Assembly: GCA_000091205.1 (NCBI GenBank)
Contig: AP006497.2
DNA length: 64,000 nt
DNA from: Cyanidioschyzon merolae
Lineage: Eukaryota
Reading direction: 5' to 3' (one strand)
The position numbers were made by a program, and so were the translations under genes. Each line of letters opens with the position of its first letter. The stretch's first letter is position 1. The notes beneath the pieces are model-generated. The model was not told the origin of the DNA. It ran no database searches and saw only the letters and a program-made list of their open reading frames with translations. Below are positions 54,724 to 64,000 of this stretch, in pieces.

Positions 54724-57700
54724 ATGGCGGATGACAAGGAGAATCAACCGCGCCGGACACTTTATCCGAACGAGAGCACAAAGCTGTTCGGAGAGGGTCA
54801 TGATGTGAGAGAATGTCAATCCAACGGAGACGCCTCGTCAGAAACTTGGGTAGACGGCTGCAGTGACGCTATTCGGGTCGTGCTGCGTGTGCGCCCGCTG
54901 ACGCCGGCGGAGCATGAGCGCTCCCAGAGAACCTGCCTCGAACTGGACTCGGCAACAAACTCAGTTTTAATAGGAACGAATAACGACCTACGTCGATTCA
55001 CCTATGATCATGTGGCGTCGCCCGAAGTTGACCAGGCACAGATGTTCTATCTTGTCGGTCGGCCGATCGCCGACAGCGCTCTTGACGGCTATAACGGTAC
55101 AGTTTTCGCTTATGGTCAGACAGGGAGCGGCAAAACGTATACAATGCAAGGAGATGTCTACACGAACAAGGAATCCGAAGAAAAGGACAACCGGGGGCTC
55201 ATGCCACGGCTGTTCGAATACATTTTTGCGCAGATCGCCCGCCGGGAACGAGAGCACTCTGCAACGCGGTACCTCGTCAGGTGCTCCTACCTCGAAGTAT
55301 ATAACGAGGTTGTCACAGACTTGCTGGATCCTCTGTCTACAAATCTGGCCATTAGGGAGGACTTTCGCAACGGCGTCTCTGTGGAAGGCCTCTCCGAGGA
55401 ACTCGTGTCCAACGCGGACGACTGCTTGCACGTTCTCGAGCGAGGTCTCTCCAACCGCCATATTGGAAGCACGTCGATGAATAGGGAGTCCTCACGCTCG
55501 CATTCGGTGTTCATCATGGTTATCGAGAGCGAGACGACGAATGAAACACGTGTAACGACTCGGCGCCGATCCCGTCTGAATCTTGTTGACCTTGCAGGCA
55601 GTGAGCGTCAAAAGCTTGCCAGAACCTCTGGACAAACGCTCCGGGAAGCCGGCAATATCAACAAGTCTCTCTCTGCGCTGGGAAACGTTATTAATGCACT
55701 CGTCGATATCGCGAACGGCAAGGAGCGCCACATTCATTATCGCGACTCGAAGCTTACGTTTCTGCTCAAAGATTCTCTGGGCGGCAACACGAAAACGACC
55801 ATGATCGCAACGGTCTCTCCTAGTGAGCAGAATTTCGCGGAAACACTGAGCACGCTCAAGTTCGCGCAGCGCGCGAAATACATCAAGAACAAAGTTGTGG
55901 TGAATGAGCACCTCTCCAGCAACAACATTGCTGCCCTGCAGGCAGAGATCACTCGACTTCGGCAACTAGTTACTTCCGCTGGCATTCCAGTAGACGCAGA
56001 CGTCTCCAAAGTTGGCTGGATTGTTGCACGGCAAAGCGTGCCAGGCATAGACTGTGAGAAAATGCACCTACAGAGAATCGGCGATCTCGAGCGTCTCCTC
56101 CTTGAGGCCCTCGATCGTGCTCGCTATCACCAGGAGCAATACCAGGCACTAGAGCGACAGAACGAAGCTCTCAACACAGCGTGCCGCAAGCGAGACAAAG
56201 TTTTGCAGCAAAACAAGATGATCCTTCGATTGCGAGATGCCGCACTGGAACGTGTACGCAGTAGCGGCGAGGTCTATCCAACGTCAGAGGAGCTCCTGAA
56301 AGAAATTGAGATTCTCCGCGAACAGATTGAGCACCACCCTCAAGTAACGAGCTATGCTGTGGAAAATATGCGTCTGCAGGAGCGAATTCGCGTGCTAGAG
56401 AGCCTGGTGCCCGCAGATCAAGATCAAAGTGCTTTCGTCAAGCTGGAGCGCTTCGTGGAGCAGCTACGAATAGCATATCAGGCGTGCTGCGAAGAAAAGA
56501 ATTCACTGCACAAGAAATTGCACGAGCTCGTGTACGCTGAACTGGAGCCTCTTGATCAAGCGGAGAAAACACACAATCGCTTTATCGCCTTGGAACTGTA
56601 CAAATGGCGGGAGAAGGAACGTTTCGAACAGCAAGTCGAGGAAGCTCGTTCGGAATGCCGTCAGGCGATGCTCAAGTACGAGCACGCACAACGTGAGTTG
56701 GAGACGCTTCGAACGAAATTCAAACAGGTAGAACAAGCATACGAGGAGAAGAGAGCAGCATGCGTGGAGATGGAAACGGCGCTCTCCACGCTCCGTCTTC
56801 AACACGACAAACAAACGGACATCGAGCAGAAAATACTCATTTTAAGTGATGAGTTGCGGGAATCCCGTGAGCGGTGCCAGAGTCTAGAGACGGATGCCGC
56901 GGCGCTCGAGCAAGAGTGCGATCGCCTGCGTGCAGTGTTGAATGACACCAAGGACCGTCTGCAGCACACTGAGACGGAGAAAGAAGCTCTGGAGCAGCAG
57001 CGAAATCAGCTCGAGAAGCGCCTTGAGCAACTTGAAAAAGATGGCCAGCACATGCGTCAGGAAGCTGCGGAACGCGCGCAAGCCATGGAGGCTGCACATA
57101 ACGCCGCGCTCACCGATCTGGAGAGCCGTCTCGCGAACGTCCAGATGGAGCTCGAGTCGCAACTGGAACGGAACTGTGCGCTCCAAGATCAAATCGACCA
57201 ACTGCAGTCCGAGACAGATTATCACCGAGGTCGATATCAGGAAGCCCAGCGAGAGCTCGCCAACGCGCAAGAACAAGTCAAGGGTCTGGAGAGCAAATTG
57301 GCTCAAAGCAACGCCACCGTTGAGGAGTTGCGCGCCTCCCAATGCCAACAGGCGGCGAGCCACGACGAGCAATTGCGGAGCGCTTTGCGTCAACAGAGGA
57401 GTGCTGAAACCGCGCTGCAGCAAGAGCGCGAAACGCTTCACCGATTACAGAGCGATCATGAACAACTCCTTGCGCGACACGAAACCATTCAACAGGAACT
57501 TCGTGAGAGTAGAGACATGATCCAGCGACTGCGCGTGGGCATGCAAGCTGCACAGCACGAGGCGCACGCTCAGCAGGAAGCGCGGCTCGCACTCGAACGT
57601 CGCGTGACAGACTTGGAGCAGGAGCGAGCCCAGGGCTGCGAGCGCGTGGCGACGCTCGAGCAGGACCTCACCAGTGTGCGTCAACGTGCTGATGAAGCTT

Positions 57701-58596
57701 CCACAGAGGCTGCGGCTCGCATCAGCGAGCTCATTCAGGAACTCGAGCGCAAGCACTCGGCGCTGACCCGCGCCCAGCTCGCTCTAGCAGAAACCGTCGC
57801 CAAAGCCGACCTCGAGCGCAAGCAGCTAGCTGACGAGCATGCGGAACGCCTCAGGGCTCGCGATCGACTGCTAGCCCAGTCTGAGGTAGAGACTGCAAAG
57901 TTGCGCCAGGGAATTGAGAACTTACAGGCTTCTGTTGCCGAATATCGCAACGAACAACGTGAACTGCATCGCCTTGCAGCCCAGGAGCGGCAGCAGCGCA
58001 AAATGCTCGAAGATGACTGGGAGAAACAACGGCGTCAGTACGCGAGAGATATGGATGCACTCCGGAAGCGCCTCGAGGCGGCCGAAAGCGAAACGCGAAT
58101 GCGCTGCGATGCCCAAGCTGACGCTCAGCGAGAGATCGCTTGCATTCGTCAACAAGCGGAAGCCTACCAACAGAAATTGGCGCATGCCGAAAAGCATCGC
58201 GCTCAACTCGAAAATCGACTCGTCATGCTCGAGCGAGATAAGCAGCGACTTGTCGCCGAGAACCGCCACGCCAATGAGGCTTTGATTCGCGCACAAGCCC
58301 AGTTCGAAGCACTCGAGCGCGAGCACAGGCAGACCAGTGAAGCGCTCGAAAAGGAACGAGTAGCGCTCGCGAGCCTTCAGACCGAATTCGAACAGCTCCA
58401 GATCATGTGCGAACGCCTGGAGGAGGAGAATACCAAGCTTGGTGGACACCACAATTTGCGTCAGCGCATTCATCATCATATTCGAGTCAAGGAGGAGAAC
58501 GCGGTGCTTCGCAAAGAGCGCGACCGCATCGCTGCTGAGCTCGATGCCTGCAGAGCTCGTCTTGCCGAACTAGAGAACGCACCCGGCACCAGCTAG
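54724..58596 (+). CDS. Kinesin: N-terminal motor domain followed by a roughly 900-aa coiled-coil stalk
   Basis: GQTGSGKTYTM (P-loop), SSRSHSVF (switch I), LVDLAGSER (switch II), HIHYRDSKLTFLLKDSLGGN; remainder is heptad-rich (LE/QE/RL repeats). First ATG is at 54724 (the ORF-track start 54673 is TTG). Confidence 0.9.
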   Translation: MADDKENQPRRTLYPNESTKLFGEGHDVRECQSNGDASSETWVDGCSDAIRVVLRVRPLTPAEHERSQRTCLELDSATNSVLIGTNNDLRRFTYDHVASPEVDQAQMFYLVGRPIADSALDGYNGTVFAYGQTGSGKTYTMQGDVYTNKESEEKDNRGLMPRLFEYIFAQIARREREHSATRYLVRCSYLEVYNEVVTDLLDPLSTNLAIREDFRNGVSVEGLSEELVSNADDCLHVLERGLSNRHIGSTSMNRESSRSHSVFIMVIESETTNETRVTTRRRSRLNLVDLAGSERQKLARTSGQTLREAGNINKSLSALGNVINALVDIANGKERHIHYRDSKLTFLLKDSLGGNTKTTMIATVSPSEQNFAETLSTLKFAQRAKYIKNKVVVNEHLSSNNIAALQAEITRLRQLVTSAGIPVDADVSKVGWIVARQSVPGIDCEKMHLQRIGDLERLLLEALDRARYHQEQYQALERQNEALNTACRKRDKVLQQNKMILRLRDAALERVRSSGEVYPTSEELLKEIEILREQIEHHPQVTSYAVENMRLQERIRVLESLVPADQDQSAFVKLERFVEQLRIAYQACCEEKNSLHKKLHELVYAELEPLDQAEKTHNRFIALELYKWREKERFEQQVEEARSECRQAMLKYEHAQRELETLRTKFKQVEQAYEEKRAACVEMETALSTLRLQHDKQTDIEQKILILSDELRESRERCQSLETDAAALEQECDRLRAVLNDTKDRLQHTETEKEALEQQRNQLEKRLEQLEKDGQHMRQEAAERAQAMEAAHNAALTDLESRLANVQMELESQLERNCALQDQIDQLQSETDYHRGRYQEAQRELANAQEQVKGLESKLAQSNATVEELRASQCQQAASHDEQLRSALRQQRSAETALQQERETLHRLQSDHEQLLARHETIQQELRESRDMIQRLRVGMQAAQHEAHAQQEARLALERRVTDLEQERAQGCERVATLEQDLTSVRQRADEASTEAAARISELIQELERKHSALTRAQLALAETVAKADLERKQLADEHAERLRARDRLLAQSEVETAKLRQGIENLQASVAEYRNEQRELHRLAAQERQQRKMLEDDWEKQRRQYARDMDALRKRLEAAESETRMRCDAQADAQREIACIRQQAEAYQQKLAHAEKHRAQLENRLVMLERDKQRLVAENRHANEALIRAQAQFEALEREHRQTSEALEKERVALASLQTEFEQLQIMCERLEEENTKLGGHHNLRQRIHHHIRVKEENAVLRKERDRIAAELDACRARLAELENAPGTS

Positions 58597-58689
58597 CACC
58601 CCGTCACATCCGCACACTGTCGTCGACCGCCGACCGCGCCTAGAGCCGTCCTCCGAATGACGCGGGAGTTGCGACTCGGACACCACGTG

Positions 58690-59469
58690 CTACGTCGTTG
58701 GTGCGCTCGACGCTGCACCCGACACCGCTCCCGTGAGCTGGTCCTCTATCGCTCGAACGATGGTGTCGACGCTGGCCATTGCCCCCACTCCGGTGTCACC
58801 ACAGGCAAGCATTTTCACCGTCGGCTCAATGATGTGCGTCCCTCGCTTGACCAGTAATTGTAAATGTTCCGTTGTTACCGGATGATGCCACATGGCCGTG
58901 TTCATTGCGGGCGCAACCAGAACGGGTTTGGAGCCAAGTTCCCACGCTCGCGCAACGCACAACAGCAAGTTGTCACAGATGCCGTACGCCAGTTTCGCAA
59001 GCGCGTTTGCGGATGCTGGCGCAACAACCAAGATATCCGCCTGACGTCGAATCTCAATATGAAGCACGGGGTCCCCGATTTTCGCCCAGCTGCGCCACTC
59101 GTCCTCGTCCGTGAAAAGCGAAACGCCTCGCTCGCGAAAGAACGCTACTAGATCAGCAGGTGCTAGCGCTGACGCAGCACCAGAATACTCGGCTGCCGCC
59201 TGGCCGAGAAAGCGCAGTCCGTTGGCGGTTGCGACAACCAGCGCGTTTGCCCTGCGAGCCCGCAACGCTTCCACAAGCTCCAAAGAGCGTAGCGCGGCAA
59301 CGGAACCGGTTACGCCCACGACGACACAGCGTCCTTGCAGGGTGGTTGCAACCGCTGAACGTGGTGCACTCGGAGTGCTGTCACTGTTCTGGTTGGCTTC
59401 ACGAGCCTGTGCACGCATGAGGCCAGTCTTGTGTACGGTGCGCCGCGCTGTGCTCCGCGTGAGCTGCAC
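58690..59469 (-). CDS. Phosphopantothenoylcysteine decarboxylase / HAL3-like flavoprotein
   Basis: VVVGVTGSVAALRSLELVEAL...ADILVVAPASANALAKLAYGICDNLLLCVARAW...PVLVAPAMNTAMWHHPVT (flavoprotein fold with the PASANT-like motif). Confidence 0.85.
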   Translation of the reverse strand: MQLTRSTARRTVHKTGLMRAQAREANQNSDSTPSAPRSAVATTLQGRCVVVGVTGSVAALRSLELVEALRARRANALVVATANGLRFLGQAAAEYSGAASALAPADLVAFFRERGVSLFTDEDEWRSWAKIGDPVLHIEIRRQADILVVAPASANALAKLAYGICDNLLLCVARAWELGSKPVLVAPAMNTAMWHHPVTTEHLQLLVKRGTHIIEPTVKMLACGDTGVGAMASVDTIVRAIEDQLTGAVSGAASSAPTT

Positions 59470-61225
59470 CGTGCGCGCACTGCCGAGAAACAGCGGTGTT
59501 CGGGTTCTGGAGCTTCCGACGCTCTCGGGATCTTTTCAAGTTAATGTTTTAAGTGCGTAGCATGACGACCCTCGGAACGCGTCTCCCTGTAGCGAGGTAC
59601 GGACGGTTGCAGGCAGCTGTGCGCTCAGCTGACAACTGGCGTGCCTAAAGGCATATTTGACGCAAAAGTATCAATCCTGAGATACGTTCTCCATGATTCG
59701 CGTATGGACGTATCGAATTCATCTCTTATGAGTCATATTTATATTTATCTGGAAGAGTTGCACTTCGCAACGGGCAGTTTGCGGCGGCGTTGCGTTGCTG
59801 GTGGATGGGCGCTCGTCCAGGTGAGGGCTTGCCTGTTCATTCGTGCGCAACTTCGAGCCTGCGATATCGCTTGGCTCCAGATTCCGTACCAGAGATGGTA
59901 TGCGCTTCCAGGCGCATCGACATACAAAACAGATGCCCGATCTCCTGGTTATTCTCGACGAGGCGTTCGTACTGGATATGTGGATCGGAACGGGCCCTGC
60001 TTACCGCAGTCTGCGACTGTGCAGTGCAGAGGCACGACCGTGCATCGCTTGTCGTCTTTTCCAAACAAGGTTCGTCTCTGCGTATCGTGGTTATTGAGCG
60101 TCACATCGCCGTATGCTCATTCAGAAACATAACGTCCCAAAATGTTCAGGTTCCACGCATCGCCACATGTGCTTCCGCATTGCAGTCCAGGGAATCCGAG
60201 CCGAGTGCCCGGAGAGATTCCCATCACGACGTTTTCCTTCGTGCTGAATAATAGCTGGCGTTGCCGCAGCCATCAGCGTCATTGACGCGTCCGCCGGAAA
60301 GCCGAACTCCCGATTCGAAGCCCGCCTCCCCGGCCGCTTCCACAAGTATCATCATCCGGTCTGCTACGAGAGCCGAGATACCAGCATCAAGGGCGAGCTA
60401 CGCGTCGGGTGCCACCAAACGTACATATGCGGGCCAGGTTTTCATCCAGAATGACATTTCAGGGCGCTTGCCCGAGCTTTCTTACTGCCGCATCCAGGAG
60501 CGTCCGAGGAACAGTCGCACCGTTCACGCGTTCAAGGTTTGCATGGCATCACATCAGTGTATCTGACAGGTTTCCGCGAAGAGGTACGTGCTGCCGGAGG
60601 CAACGCAGCGGCCTTACCAGACGCTTCAACGTGTCCGACGCTGGAGCGCGCTCCCCGGGCCAAGTAACGCACCCACATCCAGTGCGTGACACGCCCGGCG
60701 GGTGCTGCGAGCCCGCCACCACCATCGAGCAATATCGCGCCGCCACGTGTCGGCACCAGATGCGACACCGGCGAGGCACCCCGGGATACGCTGCTGCACG
60801 CAGCACGCGGGAACGCCTCCGGGGTGACCCCGCGCGCTGCCTACAGAGCGGCGCCTGTTCCGTAGGCGCGCATCTGGATACGGAGCATCCGACGGCGCGG
60901 TTGGAGTCTCGGCGTCAAGCGTGGCACCAGAGCTCGCGAAAGCCGCTGGCGAGCTTGCGCCCGTCGATTGCGGTCCAATGAGGCATGCGGGCGCACGCTT
61001 TGGATTGCTGCCCGCGCCCGGCCGCACACGGCAGCGATCGACGGGCGCTAGCACCGAATTCGAATGCGCGCAGCAGTGCCGCGCTGTGGTGTCTGCTGGT
61101 GTTGGTGGTACCGGGTGTGCCTCGGATCGCGGCAGCCGATCAGGGCCGTGCGCGGCGGCTGGGCGTTTATTTCCTATCCCGTAAGTGTTCTGACGTTTTT
61201 GTTTTGCGCGCAGCCTTGACTTTCC

Positions 61226-62413
61226 TTGCTAACAAGACCTTCAGGTATGAGCGAAGCAGCAATCCTCGCGGAGGCGATTGAGAAGGGCTCGACCTTCGAT
61301 GAAAAGCTTGTCACACAGCACGCGAATTGGGTCCAGAGCATGTCGTTCTCGCCCACAGCGCGGTCGCTGCTCACAGGCTCGAACGACGGCTCCGTTCGAG
61401 TGAGTGACCCTCGAACGGGTGAGAATCGGCTTGAGCTTCGGGGCGACTTTGGTGGTCAGGTGTACGCGTCGCTCGTAACGCCGACTTCAGACGCAGTGGT
61501 CGTGGCCTGTGGTGACGGCAAGATTTACGTCTACGACACCGAGACGGTCAAGGGCCCCCAGAAAGAGGTGCGTCTGGCGGCGCGCCTGCGTCGGACGATG
61601 GAGGCGCACGGATCGAATGCGGTGCTCTCGCTGGCGATAACGAAAGACGGAAGCACCCTCGTATCGGGGTCGGTCGGTCGCGATATCGTGAAACATGACA
61701 TGAAGAGCGGCGAGGAGCTCGGACGGTTTGTAGGACACGAGGGCTACGTGTATTCTCTCGCGATTTCAAGGGATAATACGCTGCTTGCTTCTGGATCTGG
61801 TGATGAAACCGTGCGGGTATGGAATATGAAGGAATGCACCTGTATCCACACGCTTACGGAGCATATTGGTTGGGTATGGGGCGTTGATTTCCACCCCAAG
61901 CGAGATATTTTGGCCTCTGGTTCGAATGACCGGACGATTTGTCTGTGGAATCCTCAGACTGGAGAGCTGCTCCAAAAGATCGAAACGTTCGAACACGTTT
62001 ACTGCTTGCAGTTCGCACCAATCACGGGCCGGTTTCTGCTCTGCGGAACCAGCGGAGAGAAACCACTACGTATTTATGATATGGAGAAAAACTATGCCGA
62101 GTATTTGATCAACAACACGAAGCAAGGGGGTCGAGTGTTCGCTGTCGCATTCGCCGCCTCTGAATCTGCATTCGCAGCCGGCTCCGAGGACGGCAACGTC
62201 GTGCTCTACCAACCCAAAATGCCGAGCGACAGCGCCAGTACGACGCGTCGCAGCGCGGCCGCTGCACGCCCGGCGGCCGAGCCCAGCCCAGTGGAAGATG
62301 CCGGTGCTGCTCGTGCGCCAAGCACGAAACGCACTGGCGGACGTCGCTCAAACTTTTGTAGCTGTTTTGGTGGTGGTGGTGGTGGTGGTGATGGTGGTTC
62401 CAGCCGCCGCTAA
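61226..62413 (+). CDS. WD40-repeat protein with a Gly/Cys-rich C-terminal tail
   Basis: Repeated GS.DG.V.VWD-type blades (LLTGSNDGSVRVSD, LVSGSVGRDIVKHD, LASGSGDETVRVWN, LASGSNDRTICLWN, FAAGSEDGNVVLY); tail CSCFGGGGGGGDGGSSRR. Confidence 0.8.
   Translation: MLTRPSGMSEAAILAEAIEKGSTFDEKLVTQHANWVQSMSFSPTARSLLTGSNDGSVRVSDPRTGENRLELRGDFGGQVYASLVTPTSDAVVVACGDGKIYVYDTETVKGPQKEVRLAARLRRTMEAHGSNAVLSLAITKDGSTLVSGSVGRDIVKHDMKSGEELGRFVGHEGYVYSLAISRDNTLLASGSGDETVRVWNMKECTCIHTLTEHIGWVWGVDFHPKRDILASGSNDRTICLWNPQTGELLQKIETFEHVYCLQFAPITGRFLLCGTSGEKPLRIYDMEKNYAEYLINNTKQGGRVFAVAFAASESAFAAGSEDGNVVLYQPKMPSDSASTTRRSAAAARPAAEPSPVEDAGAARAPSTKRTGGRRSNFCSCFGGGGGGGDGGSSRR
62374..62398. repeat. (GGT)n microsatellite
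   Basis: ggtggtggtggtggtggtgatggtgg. Confidence 0.85.
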
Positions 62414-64000
62414 GGCGAGCGCGCTACCGAGCAGGCCGCAGCACGCAGTACTTTTCGGTGGCAGCGAGCGCACACGCTATACTGCAATTTGGCGGCTAGA
62501 GAAGCGCCCCCGTAACCCATTGATATGCTCGCTTTGAGAGAGCCCGTCGTATCGAGGGCGGCTGTGGGTCGTTGTCGGTAGAGTATTAAGCAATAAAAGA
62601 TCTTGGTCGATATCGTGAACGTGTATCGGATTGATCCTCAGTCATCGTCGAGTTTGGTGTCGTTGCGGCAGTGCGAGTCTTCATCGAACGGCACCGTCTA
62701 TGCTGCCGACACGCGAGAATACCCGTCGAGCACACTCCTGATCCCGGGCTTGGTGCCGGCACCAAACCCGTATGCCAGACATCCAATGAGCATCCTAGCT
62801 GGAAACGGGATGCTGCCAGGGACCCGCTCAGGGCCATGCGGCAGCGACACTCCTAGATGTCATGGTGGCGGTACCCGCTGGGCTACGTGACTCGCCCGGC
62901 TACACGACAGATCCGCGCCATCGCGGTGGCATCGATAACGACTGTTTGTTCACATATTATGCATATAATTTCATATTTTTCTATTTCTGGACAATGTGCG
63001 CGGTGAGACACGCAGGACACCGCTCGTGTCACACGGACCGAAGGTCACGTTCCCAGCGACTGGCGTGCGCGCCGCGGAGCGAGACGCATTTGAATGCCCG
63101 TACGCGCTCGGTGCTGTTCTGCGAGAACTACCAGGCTTGGTATGACAGGAGCAACCTGGAACCAGGGCCCGTATGCAACAAGATACACACCAAGGACTAG
63201 AGATAGGCTCTCAGCACTCGGTCGCCAGCTTTTGGATGCCAGATATGGCCGCTCACGAGAGTCACACGCCACAGTTCCGACAGCTTCATCTGTAGCCGGT
63301 GGTAACTTTGAGCACAGCGCGGCGTATACTGGGCGCTTTTATGACAGAACCGGAGTGGCTGTAGAGGGTAGCGTATTGAAATCCTCAACGACGGCGAATG
63401 ACCTGGATGCGGAAGGCTTCTTGCGAGCGCACACTTCTCGAATGTCGCTCTGTAACGATGGTGCGCAGCGCTCGCTTCTCGCTGACCAGAGCTCGATGGA
63501 CACGAGCTCCCCGGTGTACCATGGTATAGCGGCCGCCAACGTAGGTGAACGAGACACAGAGCCGTTTATAAAAGAGCCGAATTTCTGGATCACAACCGGC
63601 TCCAAGCCAGCGGTCACGCGGGCGGGGCGCGGCTCCCGAGCCGCTTTGGAGCCGAGGCCGCAGCCAGTGCTGCATCGACTGCACACCACGGATAGGGTCC
63701 TGGACAGTGCTACGATCACATCGCCAGCAACCGGTAGTGACCTGTCTCCACAACGCTTCCAGAGTTCGCTCCAAGCCTGTGTTGCAGGCAGCGCACCTGC
63801 AGATACGTCGCCTCGTGCATCCGCCACGATGCCGCAGGCGATCGATGCGAACCGTCGGATGCTCTACGCAAACGCTTCCCCCGCATGGAATCGTGCGGTA
63901 CCCGAAGATAACAGCGAGAACAACGACCTCGATTCCATAGACGCAGCATCCAGTTTGGATCCTGCTTCAGAGCGAGATTTCTATGACGAGATTGCGACGG

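Noticed and set aside
1-64000. Bacterial IS200/IS605 contamination or organellar origin of the TnpB-like copies
   Set aside because: Copies are embedded between unambiguously eukaryotic nuclear genes on one contiguous sequence. They share the host GC content, carry an NLS-like basic N-terminus and are about 700-800 aa, which is Fanzor-sized rather than TnpB-sized. No organellar gene set is present.

Overview
This window is GC-rich (roughly 57-58%) eukaryotic nuclear DNA. Organism assignment is inferred and tentative.

Gene landscape: most recognisable genes are long uninterrupted ORFs with eukaryotic homologs, so the genome is compact and intron-poor. Genes called: a PIKK/TRRAP-like C-terminus, a TKL-type Ser/Thr kinase, a trehalose-6-phosphate synthase/phosphatase, a DMT-family sugar-phosphate transporter, importin-beta, a ULA1-like E1 subunit, a DNAJC21-like J-protein, Sam50/Omp85, a UBR7-like PHD protein, a GLTP-domain protein, a kinesin with a long coiled coil, PPCDC flavoprotein, a WD40 protein, a twin-Cx9C protein, and a nuclear cytochrome b6-f Rieske gene (petC) with a plastid transit-peptide-like N-terminus. 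The nuclear petC and the lack of a signal peptide suggest a host with a primary plastid, for example a unicellular red or green alga.

Main finding: between about 26.5 and 50.6 kb there are five copies or derivatives of one transposon family. Its ORF has the hallmarks of a TnpB/Fanzor-type RNA-guided RuvC nuclease: RuvC-I GADPG..N, RuvC-II EFRTS, RuvC-III NRDFNAAINIRR, a Lys/Arg-rich N-terminus and a conserved 3' end that may encode an omega-RNA.
- Two near full-length copies in opposite orientation (40575-43090 on the minus strand; 47352-50613 on the plus strand) are pseudogenes. Both carry frameshifts, and all three of their in-frame premature stops are TAG.
- One copy (33687-34480, minus) is 5'-truncated.
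- Two non-autonomous derivatives (26505-27893 and 34780-35672) keep the roughly 1 kb left end and the right end but have lost the ORF.
- All three ORF-bearing copies end 28-40 bp upstream of the start codon of a host gene in the same orientation.

Other features: a second dispersed repeat of about 0.6 kb (copies at 43575-44200 and 53590-54340, fragment at 10990-11160), a roughly 57-bp minisatellite, several microsatellites, and a 4.3-kb stretch with no long ORF.

Caveats: no rRNA, tRNA or CRISPR array could be supported. Coordinates of manually delimited ends are accurate to about +/-10 nt, because reading homopolymer runs by eye disagreed with the ORF track by 1 nt in places.
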